From positions 1-25,043 of IMG/VR virus record IMGVR_UViG_3300042333_000092: DNA of 25,043 nt, one strand, 5' to 3'. Shown one piece after another: positions 1-9,900 of the stretch. The translations under genes and the position numbers were made by a program. The stretch comes from a virus (Duplodnaviria; Caudoviricetes). Position 1 is the first letter of the stretch, and the number at the start of each line of letters is the position of its first letter. The notes below the pieces were generated by a model. It did not search any database. It was given only the letters and a program-made list of their open reading frames with translations, and had not been told where the DNA came from.

Positions 1-133
1 TTGCAGGACTTGGTGTTAGGTCATTTGAATCTAGTGGTAATGCACCGCAGCCAATAGAAATGTGTGTTGCATATGCTGGAGTTTGTCCCAGCAAAAACTT
101 TGAAATAATCTCTTTACCTTTATCAGTTATCAT
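1..133 (-). CDS. Tail/baseplate-associated structural protein, N-terminal 44 codons (runs off the window; missing from the ORF track)
   Basis: ATG at 133-131 overlaps the upstream TGA (ATGA). The frame is open to the edge: MITDKGKEIISKFLLGQTPAYATHISIGCGALPLDSNDLTPSPA. The 'ITxxG...hxhGxG' start resembles N-termini of phage tail-fibre/collar-type proteins. Confidence 0.7.
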   Translation of the reverse strand, partial: MITDKGKEIISKFLLGQTPAYATHISIGCGALPLDSNDLTPSPA

Positions 134-783
134 AGCTCAATCCTCGTTAGTGTACCGCTTAAAGAAATTTCTACATCTATATTTTCTTCTGATCTAATTA
201 TATCAACTTCAACTACTAAATTTCCGTCATCATTAAAAAATGGCTCATATATTCCTCTTGACAACAAATCAATGCTAAATTTAGAAAATTCATCATCTGA
301 AAGAATGTCTAAAGCAATTAGATTATTTGGATTAAATCTTCTCCTTAGTCTTGATAGATTAGCGATTGGGTTATAGTTAACGCTAATACCATCAATAAGA
401 TCATATCTTGAAAGGTTTATCAACTCTGTACCGCCTAATTCTTCAAAAAATCTCTCTACGATATAATCTCCAGAAGTATCTATATTTGGATCAAGAACGA
501 TGTCTGGTTGAGCTTGTTTTATTCCACTAGGGGCTCTATAGGATGGAGTAGATATCCATGTGTTTAAAGGAGTAGCAGGAGGGGGAGGAGGTGGTGGGGG
601 AGTTCCGTTGCCACCAGAACCGTTGCCACCAGAACCAGCAGGGGTATCTCCGGGAGGAATTGCACCGGGGGTTATACCAATGTTATTGAAATCCATTTGA
701 GAAATGGCATTCCAGTCGATACCTGCCAAGGAACTGTAATCAGTATTAAAAAAATCTGGGGAAAAGCCTGTCCATTCAGCCAT
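130..783 (-). CDS. Hypothetical tail-region protein with Gly/Pro low-complexity linker
   Basis: 217-aa ORF with SD-like AGGTGA at 794-789. Contains a GSGGNGSGGNGT-P8 linker before a globular-looking C-terminal part; lies directly after the tail-tip gene. Confidence 0.75.
   Translation of the reverse strand: MAEWTGFSPDFFNTDYSSLAGIDWNAISQMDFNNIGITPGAIPPGDTPAGSGGNGSGGNGTPPPPPPPPATPLNTWISTPSYRAPSGIKQAQPDIVLDPNIDTSGDYIVERFFEELGGTELINLSRYDLIDGISVNYNPIANLSRLRRRFNPNNLIALDILSDDEFSKFSIDLLSRGIYEPFFNDDGNLVVEVDIIRSEENIDVEISLSGTLTRIEL
605..636. repeat. 15-bp tandem repeat (ccgttgccaccagaa x2) encoding SGGNG x2
   Basis: Exact copies at 605-619 and 620-634 plus a partial cc; adjacent to eight Pro codons at 577-600. 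Confidence 0.9.
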
Positions 784-800
784 TTATATCACCTAACATA

Positions 801-3800
801 TTACACCTCCACCAAGTATAGCGTAGTTGAAAGACCAGATGAGTCTTTTTTGTATTCCATATTATATATGACAAATCTAGTATCATCTGGAGAGATTATG
901 CTTATCCCATCGCCCTGTAAATCTTTATAGTTTATTGTAACAATATCTCCAAGTTGCAGATTTGTTGTTCCAAAGGTGTTAATTCCCACAGCTTTTTTAG
1001 GTACTGAAACATTATCAATAATCCAACCAAAAACATTTTCTGCAACATCTGTACTTTGAATATAGGGGCTATCTATTGGTGAAAATTGATTAACACCATA
1101 CTTCATCCTGCTATTTTTTATTTTATTATATTCTTCAAGAGTTCTAAAGGGATTATTTATGGTGGACGAAGTACCTATTTCTGTATCCAATAATATTGAC
1201 TTTTTCTTAAAATAATCATCAACTGTTAGCGTATAAGTTGTGTCTTGAGTAAAAGCAATTCCTTGGATTCTTAAATAGTTACCAGATGTATCATCCAGGT
1301 TTAAATTGAAATCCGTACAGTTAAATATTAAAAAGTCTGCTCCATATGATCCAGCATAAAAACCAGACGATGCGTAACCCTTTACTCTGTTCATAGTTTT
1401 CATCAGTTTTGCATAGAGTGCTGGATACGCCCTATCATACTTAATATTAAAATATGCCAGTTCTCTAAGAATAGTTCCAAACTCCTCAAAATATATTTTA
1501 TATTGTGGAGACTCTGCGCTACTAATTCCAGATAAGTATGTTTTTTGAATAAGACCACTTATTGCATACTTCCTTAGTGATTCGCTAGCATCTATTTGGT
1601 CGTCCCCAAAGATTTGTGCAATTCCAGTATCTACCGTAAAATTTGTATTCTGTGAATAATTGTTTGCTAGGGCATAGACGTTCTCAAACATACACCTAGA
1701 AGAACCTCTTACAAATAAAGCTAAATTGTTATATTCTGGCAGTGGATCAGTGTCATCCACTGTTGCTATCTGCTTTCCGTTAAAATAAAGAAAGAACCTT
1801 CTTGAAGATCCAATGTTTATGGATTCTGCTGCAAGGTCATAAACAGATGTAGAATCTTCTCCAGCTAATCTATTTTGACCAACAAAGTCTCCGCTATCAA
1901 CATTTATCTGAGCAAGACCGCTCCAAAGCTTATAAGGAATGGCTTTTGGATTTATCAATTTTATTGTTCCGTCTAGAGATGTTTTTTCTATATTTGCAGA
2001 AGTATATGAAACTTTAACAGTTGAATTTGAAATATCGGTGATTCTATATTTTCCATCTGGAATAGTATTGCTAGCATCAATATAAACATCCTCCCCGACA
2101 AGGAATTTATTTTTTGTAACATCTGGGTCAGACTGTCCTTCAAAAAATAGCGTTAGCACGTTAGAGCTAATTGAATATGATGAAAATTTATTGAGTTTAT
2201 CATCAGAAAGAGTTTTATAAAAATACATATTTGCAATATTTACATCTTCTGCAATAGCTTGAGTTGCTATACCTCCACTTGATGACGTAGTGGTTAGAGA
2301 AACATAGTCTGCAGTACCCCCTGTTGCAGTCCCCCCTGATGCAACAGTTGAGTCGATTGTAAACGACCATCCAGAATTTAATCGGGTAAAAGTTTTTATT
2401 ATTGCATTATTAATATTAAAGAGTGCATTACTTGTTCCCGATATATTAATCTTATCCCCAACGTCCACATAGCTTCCCCTTGTATTTCCTGGATTGATAA
2501 TATATCTAATTGTCGTTCCAGTAGAGCTTGCAGAAATTATAGAAAAAGTTGTTTGTGTTGGAGTTGGTATTATATACTTAAATGATTTTTTATCTGAGTT
2601 AATTTCAGATACAACATAGTCTCCATTTAAAGGTGTGCTTGTGTTTTGTGGTTTATCTGTATCTGTTAGGCCAGAGATAAGAACTTGCTGACCGACCCTG
2701 AAAGATATCTGATCTTTTGTATATACAGTAACTGTGTTTGATGTGCAGGATGGATTTGGAGTGCTAAGTATATTTGCCACAACAGAGCCAGAATTATTAT
2801 CAGAAGCGTACCCTCCTATATTATCTGCCGTCAATGCAACTATTTCATAAAAGTACCCATTATTTGTTTCTTTGTTTAGGTTAAACCCTAAACCTCCAGA
2901 CCCACCATAAATTTTTATTTCTTGGTCTGGTGAATTCGGACCTAGGGTTGGAGACTCGTCAGATCCTTCAAAAATAGGATATCCTCCTACAGGAGTTTGA
3001 GACTTATTTGTTCCAGATTCTATCTTTCCTACAATTCTAAGCCTTGTTCCAAAATGCTTATAAGGTATTGATTCTCCATTTTGATCAATAAAATCTTTAT
3101 AAACATAAGAGATAAAAGATGATGGTTCTATTTTTTTATCTGTAAATCCTGGTCCATTAAAGACAAGAGCGGATGTCTGTATTGTTCCTGGACCAGTTGT
3201 TTTATAATAATTTATCTCTTCTTCTGTTGCATACTTTTCAGCAAGAAAATTTTTGATAATTCCATTTCTTGTGGAGGATTGAGAGAATTTATCAGAATCT
3301 ACATAGGGGGAATCTTGAATTTTTCCAGAAACTCCCTTTCCCATTGTAGTTGGATAGACTATAGATGAACTTGTAGTAAAAAGATATTTTGAGGAGTCCA
3401 TGATACATCCACGAACTGTTGAGTTGTTTGTCCAATAATCATCATTTATTAATCCAGCGGAATGATTGCTTATGGGTGTTCCAAATTGTCCTCTACCGTG
3501 CTCTTTAATCTGTCCGTTTTTTAAATTCACAACGTCATCAATAATTTCATATTCTGGCTTTGTGTATATCCTAACATTTCCAGTCGGATACATTTTTCCA
3601 TTAAAGGTAAGGCTACTCATATAATCTTGATATTGTTGATTGTCAGTTATCCATATTGGTCCAGATTGACCAGAAACTGTATATTGTACTGCATCAAATT
3701 TTATGACTTCTCCATTAGCATAGAAGTATCCAGCAAAAGATGGAATCCAATAAACATTCTCTCCTGCATCAATAATGTTATTGTAAATAGTGTTGTTTAA

Positions 3801-6350
3801 AACATATGGTATCTCATCAGTAAGGTCTGTGTTTAGCGGAACGGCTCCCAGGGTATACCCACTGTTTTGAGAACCAAGTTGGTTTATTGTTTTTGTTGAT
3901 TCTCTTCCTTGAACCTCCCAAAGCAGCACTGGCTTATAGATGTATTGCTTATAGTTGTCGAGCTTTTGTGCCGTTTTAGTTGAGCCTATGCTTCTTTGAA
4001 TATATCTAACAGTATAGTTTATTTGACCGTCATTATATATTTTTTTATCAATAGAGGAAAGGTTAATTATGTTTGGGAGATTGTCTTCTTCCACTTGTCC
4101 ATAAAGTGTAGAGTCTGTTCCTCTTTCCTTATTATCTTTTGGCAATAAATATTCTTTTGACATTACAATAAAATTATTATACTCATCAAAAAACATAGCA
4201 GATTGTGTTGCTACTGCAAGCTTTTCTAGAACGGTGGCAACATTTTGATCTGGCTCTACAAAGAAAAATGGAATGATTGCTTCTGTGTATCCTTTAATTC
4301 TTCTAAATGTATAATTAGAAAATCCACAATAATCTAGCAGAACAGTTATTGCCCAACTTAATGAAACATCCGTTAACAGTAGTTCTGGGGCTGGCATAGA
4401 TTCCAGGAAAAAGAACATGTCTCTCAAGCTCACACTCACGGTAGATCCAGCACCAGTTACTTGTGGGAAAGATTCACTATACATTGTCTTGACTGGAATA
4501 AAATAGTCTATTCCATCTACGTTCCTGGTAATATCATAAAATAAAAACTTAACTGGCATATTCAAATAATCTGCAAGGATACTTCCTTGATTTGTATCAA
4601 AATCAAAAATATTATTTTGGTTAAAAGAAAAGTCTGTATCAAAAATTTCTATATCCCCCGTTGAAGCAAAAAGTCCTCCAACAGGAACAGAACTATTTCC
4701 TAGGTCAGACATTGTTTTTGTTACAGAAAAAGAAGATGTGGACTCTGTAAGATCAACTACAAGCCTTGGAGATAATTCTATTAAATCAAAAGTACAGTTA
4801 TTTTTATTCATTGTTTCAACAACAACTCTTAATCCAAGAACCCATTCAAATTCTCTAAACTGATCTAAACCATTGATATCTGTAAAGTAGTCTGGATTTG
4901 CTGCTTGTGTCACAAATTTGCTATTATAGTTTATTGTCTCATTTGATACTTGCCACGAATAATTTGGAACAAATGTTTCAGCATCTTCTTTATCGTTTGT
5001 AACATAGATGTGAAATGTTCCAAGCTCATGCTCTTCTTCTTTTACTAGATAAGCATATCCTACTGGAGCGAATTCAGGAAGGAGTGTTTCGCTGGTAATA
5101 GTATCAGCAAATATAAAAATATCTTGATATTCTTGTGGAATTTGTAGTCCATAGGATACCTCTACACACCCATCAAACCCAATTATAGGACTATCATCAA
5201 CACGAACAGATGTTTCATCAAATTGAATTATACTTTCCCATGTATCATCTTGGTTTAATTTTTCTATTCTCCAGATGGTTGGTGTTGTTTTATTTGCATC
5301 ACCATAAAGAGGGTCGGGCAAAGATTTATTATTATATCTAAGGTTTCCTAGATCAACATCTCCCACGTTTGTTTGCATTTTAACAACAATTTTATTTGTT
5401 GGTACTTGATCTTTATAAACAATAAATGGAGCAGCATCTTCAATATAAAACCTATTATCTTGAGAAAAAGATATTCCTCGATCTACCTGCCTTAAAACCT
5501 GTGAAACAACGGTATCTGGTCTTGGTGTTGGCATTCCATATTCTGATCTATAAGATGTCCAATATTTAAATATGTCATCTTTGTGTGACATATAATATCT
5601 TGGCCTATTAACAATATAGTATTGATTTGTTTTTTCTTCCTGTTTTTCAGTAACTTTATCAATTGGTGATGGATTTGTAATAAATTGAGAAGGTTTGAAA
5701 AATGGTTCATTTGATATTTGAGTTACAGTTCCTGATGCAACAGCCGAAGCAACTGTTCCAGTAGATACATAGCTTACGGTAGTGTTTGTGTTGGTAATTG
5801 GATCAAATCCAACATTAGATACTGAATGTGTTCCATTAAAGTTTGCATCTGATATGCTAACAAATATTTGATCTCCTATAGTTAATAAATGAGAGCCAAT
5901 TGTTAGTGTTGCAACACCACCAGTTTTAACTTTGTTGGTAACTGTATACCTGACTGGCAATTGATTTACTTCATCAACCCCAAGATATAGTGGTTTATTA
6001 ATTCCAGACCTAGGTCTATGTGGCTTTGTGCAATCTTCTAATGAATAAAGAAGTTTCATTTTTTCTTTTGGGGATATAAAGATGGTAGGCTGATCGTTAT
6101 CATCAAAACCACTATCGATTGCAATATCTGAATCTGTGGCTCCCGTATAATAGTTACCAATATCTGCTGGATCATATGTCATTGGAATAAGGAAGTATTG
6201 AGATGCAGAGTATGTTGGTCTATACCTATAATTTCCCAATCGAGCAATGTTTCCTGGTTGATTCATATTCCATTCAGCATAAACTGCTGCTTCAACCTGT
6301 ATAGTGTCTGATGTTTTTAAGTGATTTTCTAATTCTTCCGACTGAAACAT
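801..6350 (-). CDS. Tail tip / baseplate hub protein (Tal/gpJ-like) with inserted beta modules and a probable lectin-like domain
   Basis: 1849 aa, directly after the Dit-like gene (TAA then ATG). Hub-like segments: 'VPVGGLFASTGDIEIFD', 'VLEKLAVATQSAMFFDEYNNF', and C-terminal 'IDSPYIQS...LQLGDIVTI...FVIYNMEY'. Confidence 0.75.
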   Translation of the reverse strand: MFQSEELENHLKTSDTIQVEAAVYAEWNMNQPGNIARLGNYRYRPTYSASQYFLIPMTYDPADIGNYYTGATDSDIAIDSGFDDNDQPTIFISPKEKMKLLYSLEDCTKPHRPRSGINKPLYLGVDEVNQLPVRYTVTNKVKTGGVATLTIGSHLLTIGDQIFVSISDANFNGTHSVSNVGFDPITNTNTTVSYVSTGTVASAVASGTVTQISNEPFFKPSQFITNPSPIDKVTEKQEEKTNQYYIVNRPRYYMSHKDDIFKYWTSYRSEYGMPTPRPDTVVSQVLRQVDRGISFSQDNRFYIEDAAPFIVYKDQVPTNKIVVKMQTNVGDVDLGNLRYNNKSLPDPLYGDANKTTPTIWRIEKLNQDDTWESIIQFDETSVRVDDSPIIGFDGCVEVSYGLQIPQEYQDIFIFADTITSETLLPEFAPVGYAYLVKEEEHELGTFHIYVTNDKEDAETFVPNYSWQVSNETINYNSKFVTQAANPDYFTDINGLDQFREFEWVLGLRVVVETMNKNNCTFDLIELSPRLVVDLTESTSSFSVTKTMSDLGNSSVPVGGLFASTGDIEIFDTDFSFNQNNIFDFDTNQGSILADYLNMPVKFLFYDITRNVDGIDYFIPVKTMYSESFPQVTGAGSTVSVSLRDMFFFLESMPAPELLLTDVSLSWAITVLLDYCGFSNYTFRRIKGYTEAIIPFFFVEPDQNVATVLEKLAVATQSAMFFDEYNNFIVMSKEYLLPKDNKERGTDSTLYGQVEEDNLPNIINLSSIDKKIYNDGQINYTVRYIQRSIGSTKTAQKLDNYKQYIYKPVLLWEVQGRESTKTINQLGSQNSGYTLGAVPLNTDLTDEIPYVLNNTIYNNIIDAGENVYWIPSFAGYFYANGEVIKFDAVQYTVSGQSGPIWITDNQQYQDYMSSLTFNGKMYPTGNVRIYTKPEYEIIDDVVNLKNGQIKEHGRGQFGTPISNHSAGLINDDYWTNNSTVRGCIMDSSKYLFTTSSSIVYPTTMGKGVSGKIQDSPYVDSDKFSQSSTRNGIIKNFLAEKYATEEEINYYKTTGPGTIQTSALVFNGPGFTDKKIEPSSFISYVYKDFIDQNGESIPYKHFGTRLRIVGKIESGTNKSQTPVGGYPIFEGSDESPTLGPNSPDQEIKIYGGSGGLGFNLNKETNNGYFYEIVALTADNIGGYASDNNSGSVVANILSTPNPSCTSNTVTVYTKDQISFRVGQQVLISGLTDTDKPQNTSTPLNGDYVVSEINSDKKSFKYIIPTPTQTTFSIISASSTGTTIRYIINPGNTRGSYVDVGDKINISGTSNALFNINNAIIKTFTRLNSGWSFTIDSTVASGGTATGGTADYVSLTTTSSSGGIATQAIAEDVNIANMYFYKTLSDDKLNKFSSYSISSNVLTLFFEGQSDPDVTKNKFLVGEDVYIDASNTIPDGKYRITDISNSTVKVSYTSANIEKTSLDGTIKLINPKAIPYKLWSGLAQINVDSGDFVGQNRLAGEDSTSVYDLAAESINIGSSRRFFLYFNGKQIATVDDTDPLPEYNNLALFVRGSSRCMFENVYALANNYSQNTNFTVDTGIAQIFGDDQIDASESLRKYAISGLIQKTYLSGISSAESPQYKIYFEEFGTILRELAYFNIKYDRAYPALYAKLMKTMNRVKGYASSGFYAGSYGADFLIFNCTDFNLNLDDTSGNYLRIQGIAFTQDTTYTLTVDDYFKKKSILLDTEIGTSSTINNPFRTLEEYNKIKNSRMKYGVNQFSPIDSPYIQSTDVAENVFGWIIDNVSVPKKAVGINTFGTTNLQLGDIVTINYKDLQGDGISIISPDDTRFVIYNMEYKKDSSGLSTTLYLVEV

Positions 6351-6983
6351 TTAAACCTCTTCCAGAGAAAGACTTATATTCCAGAAGTCAAATCCTGTTG
6401 CTGTTCCACCACTCGACCAAGCCCCACTTCTTTTCTCAATACTATAATCAAAAGAAGAAATATACATCTTTAAAACTTGATTATATCCACTCAATCTATT
6501 ATAGTTTTCTGATCCATCTATCCTAAACTTATCGTATGCTAGGAATACATAGAATGGTCCTGGATGATCTTCATACCAAGATAGGATGTCTACTCCGCCT
6601 GCTCCACCATCAACAGTATACATCGAGTAGGGATCTGAGCTATCGTCTATTTGTCCGTTCTCTGGATCAAAAGTAACATATTTAGAATATGCTCTAGAAG
6701 GTATTCTGTTCCAAGATGTAGATAGGTTTAACTTATCAGCAGTCCAGTAGGATCTCATGTTTCCATTAATCATTCTTTGACGCTGTTCTATTCTTTGGGC
6801 AGACATAGATATTTCCGCACGATTTCCATCTGTAAGAATAATAAAGTCCTCCCCTTCGTTACCTGTAGGAACATACTTGCCCGACTCAAGGGTTCCAGGA
6901 TTATCTGACAAAAGTATTGCTTGTGGCCTTGTTGCTCCAGCAAGGTAGGATCTTCTTCCAGCCATGTATGCGCTAGTAGCCAC
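6351..6983 (-). CDS. Distal tail (Dit-like) protein
   Basis: Sits between tape measure and tail tip; 'RMINGNMRSY' early and 'WNISLSLEEV' C-terminus fit Dit/gpM-like proteins. I prefer the GTG at 6983 (AAGGAG, 5-nt spacer) over the track's 6989, which overlaps that SD. Overlaps the tape measure stop by 11 bp. Confidence 0.7.
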   Translation of the reverse strand: MATSAYMAGRRSYLAGATRPQAILLSDNPGTLESGKYVPTGNEGEDFIILTDGNRAEISMSAQRIEQRQRMINGNMRSYWTADKLNLSTSWNRIPSRAYSKYVTFDPENGQIDDSSDPYSMYTVDGGAGGVDILSWYEDHPGPFYVFLAYDKFRIDGSENYNRLSGYNQVLKMYISSFDYSIEKRSGAWSSGGTATGFDFWNISLSLEEV

Positions 6984-9900
6984 GACCACTCCTTATCTGT
7001 GTACCCTGCATTTGTTTAATTTTCATGATAGTCTTGTTTGCAATTTCATCGGCGGAAGCATTAGAACCACTTACATTAACACTGACGCTATAGTTATTAT
7101 ACATGGGTGCGACAATGTTTGCACCACTTTGTGCAGATCCACTAACTTTTGTTTCGGGGTCTGCTGAAGTATTGAATTTTGGCATAAAGAAAGATCCTTG
7201 ATTTATCTTGCTAAGCATAGGAATACCATACTTATCCACCATAGACTTTTTAATTACAAACTCTCCTGGAGTAAGCATTGCCGACACAGAGTCTCTTGAT
7301 CCTTGTCCTAGTATAGAACCTCCACCACTGTATTTCTTTATCATCCCGCCAGAGTTTGCAAACACAGGTCTTCCTCCAATGAATTCCCAACTTGAATCGT
7401 CTGCAGCTTCTGCAGGTAAAGTCCCTATGTTTGGAGTAGTCATTCCTGTTACAGATAACGCTTTTAGTGCTGCTTCATAAACTGCTAAGTAAGATCCTGC
7501 AACCCCTGCAAGTGCTATGTCTAAATTCTTTGCTGGTGTTATTGAAGCTTCTATTTCGCCAGCTTTTCTTTCCCATTCTGCTCTTGTAACCCCTGCAAGA
7601 GCAAGCTCTCTAATAGCATATGCTTCATTTTCACGATGATAATCCAAGGTTCTTTGAAGTGCTAGGTTTTTATTGTTAAGCGGCTCTATCATGTCTTCAT
7701 TTATTATGTATATTTGATTTGTCAGGTCTCTTACAAGAAGATTATTTGCATAAATCTTATCCTCTTCTATACGAAGAAGCAAGCTTGTTTGATAAGACTG
7801 TTCTTTAATGTCTGCAATTTGTTGCTCAGCTTGTTCTCTTGTCAACCCCCCAGAAGTTCTTAGTCCAGCAACTTGATTTTCCATTCCTTCTTGCAAACCT
7901 TGTCTTGCTTGTTCTGCAGCAAATTGTGTGCTTGTAGCTCTCATTTCTTGCGCGGCAGCTGTAGCAGCATAGATATCTCCAGAACTTAAAGCTTGTGAAA
8001 GACCAAGTTGTTGTTTTTGTTGATTAACAATATAATCATTAATTGCTGCTACCTTGTCTAAGGCTTCAATTCTCTTGTCATGCGCTTTACGAATTTCATC
8101 TTCTTGCTTAGACATTGATTCTAGATCTTTAGATATTCCCTCTGAAACTCTATTTCTTAGCTCATCTTGTCTTTTGACATCATCCATCCCTTGTTGAATT
8201 AAATCATTCGTTCTTTGGTAATCGCTAATTTCTTCTTGTTTTTTATCTATCTTGTCTTGTTCTTGAGTAATAATTCTTTGATTTAAAACAACTTGTCTTT
8301 CCATTTCTTCAACAGTTGCTCCATTAGCTTCTTTAAATTTATCTGCTAATTCATTTACTTTTTTACGTTCTAGTTCATCGTATGCTTCTTCAATTATTTG
8401 CTTGGCTTCATCAAACTTTTCTAAATCTGGTTTTAATTCAACAGTTAGTTCTATTTTTGCATCTGACTGCAAAGCTGATTTAAGTTCATTCCACTTATCT
8501 TTGTTTTTCTTTATTGGGAATTTAGCAATTATCTCTACATCTTCTTCACTTTCAAGAATTTTGTCTATTTCCTCTTTAGTAAAGCTTCCGTCTTTTTCTA
8601 AACGAGTTCGGGCTGTTGCTTTATACCCTTCTCTTTCTTGTCTTGATGTAGCTTCATCTACTCTTTGACCTGCTTTTGATACAGTAGAAGCTTTATCAAG
8701 TCTAGTCAACCCTGACCTACCACCCAAAGCTTTCATTATTCTTTTGGCATTTTTTCCTCCTAAACTAAGAAGATCTGCAATCAAGCTTTCAGATAAATTC
8801 ATTTCTCTAAGTTGATCTGACACACCACCATCAAAACTTAGTTCTTTAAGAAAGTTGTTAAAATCTTTTTTAGACTTTAGTATTTTTTTGGTTAAAGTTT
8901 TGGCTGTTCCATATAGTTTGAGAGAAGCGTTAAGTGCTGATATCATTTCTTGAAGAGCACTCTTTTGTTTTTCTGCTGCACCTCCTCCACCAGTATCCTC
9001 AGTATCATCTGTGGTATCTTCCGTTGCTGCCGTTCCACCACTTAAAAATGGAGCAACGGAAAGAAGAGACTGAGGAACCACTTGGGTTCGATTAATTACT
9101 TCTCCATCAACAACAACCGATTGAGTAAATGTTTTTTCCCCTGCTTTTGCTGCTTTCATTGCGAGTGGATTGCTAAGAAGTGCTATGGCAAGGTCGTCTC
9201 CCTTTAAACTTAGCAAAACCATTATATCAATTGGCTTTAGTCCGTCTGGAAATGCTGAATTTAATGCGTTTGCTATTCCTTCTGATGTACTTGCACTTTT
9301 TCCAAAAACGCTTGCAATAATCTTTGGAACTATCTTTGGCTTTAGATCTCCTAAAGAGTCTACCGCTTCTTTACCAAATTCTTCTAATTTTTTTGCTCCC
9401 TTACTTATCTTTTCTGGAAGGTCATCTATCTCTACCCCAGCCTTAACTAAAGTTGTAACAAGTTTTTCACCATCAAGTGGGACTCTTCCAAAAATATCTG
9501 GGTCTAATTTTATCTTATTTATTTTTTCAATAGAACTGATAATAAGTTCTGGTGTTAGGTTTTTATTTTTCATTACTATTTCTAAGTTTATGTCTTTATA
9601 TTTTCCAAGTTTTGCTACAATATCTCCAAACTTAAGGATATCTTCTTTACTTGACAGAATTTTTTTACCAAAGTCAACATCTATAAACTCTCCAAGCCTT
9701 GTAAAGACTTGTAGGCTATCTGTTCCCATTTTTTTAAGTTCCGTATCTTGCTTTAAAAGATTTGATGCTAGTTTTTCTGGAGACGTTCCACCAAGACCTC
9801 CAACTCCAGCGATGCCACCACCCATTCTGCTTGATATGTAATCTGAAATATTTTCTTTATTAAAGAAAAAATCTAATCCTCCAAGTGCATCCATAGTTCC

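Noticed and set aside
197-205. Perfect TGATATAAT inside the 217-aa gene, 64 nt before the next start
   Set aside because: It encodes V-D-I-I, and an occasional chance hit is expected in AT-rich coding DNA. Possible internal promoter but unsupported.
577-600. G-rich plus-strand run with quadruplex potential
   Set aside because: Fully explained by eight Pro codons on the coding strand.
783-791. TGATATAAA promoter-like string
   Set aside because: Imperfect, abuts the ATG, and is explained as the SD AGGTGA plus spacer.
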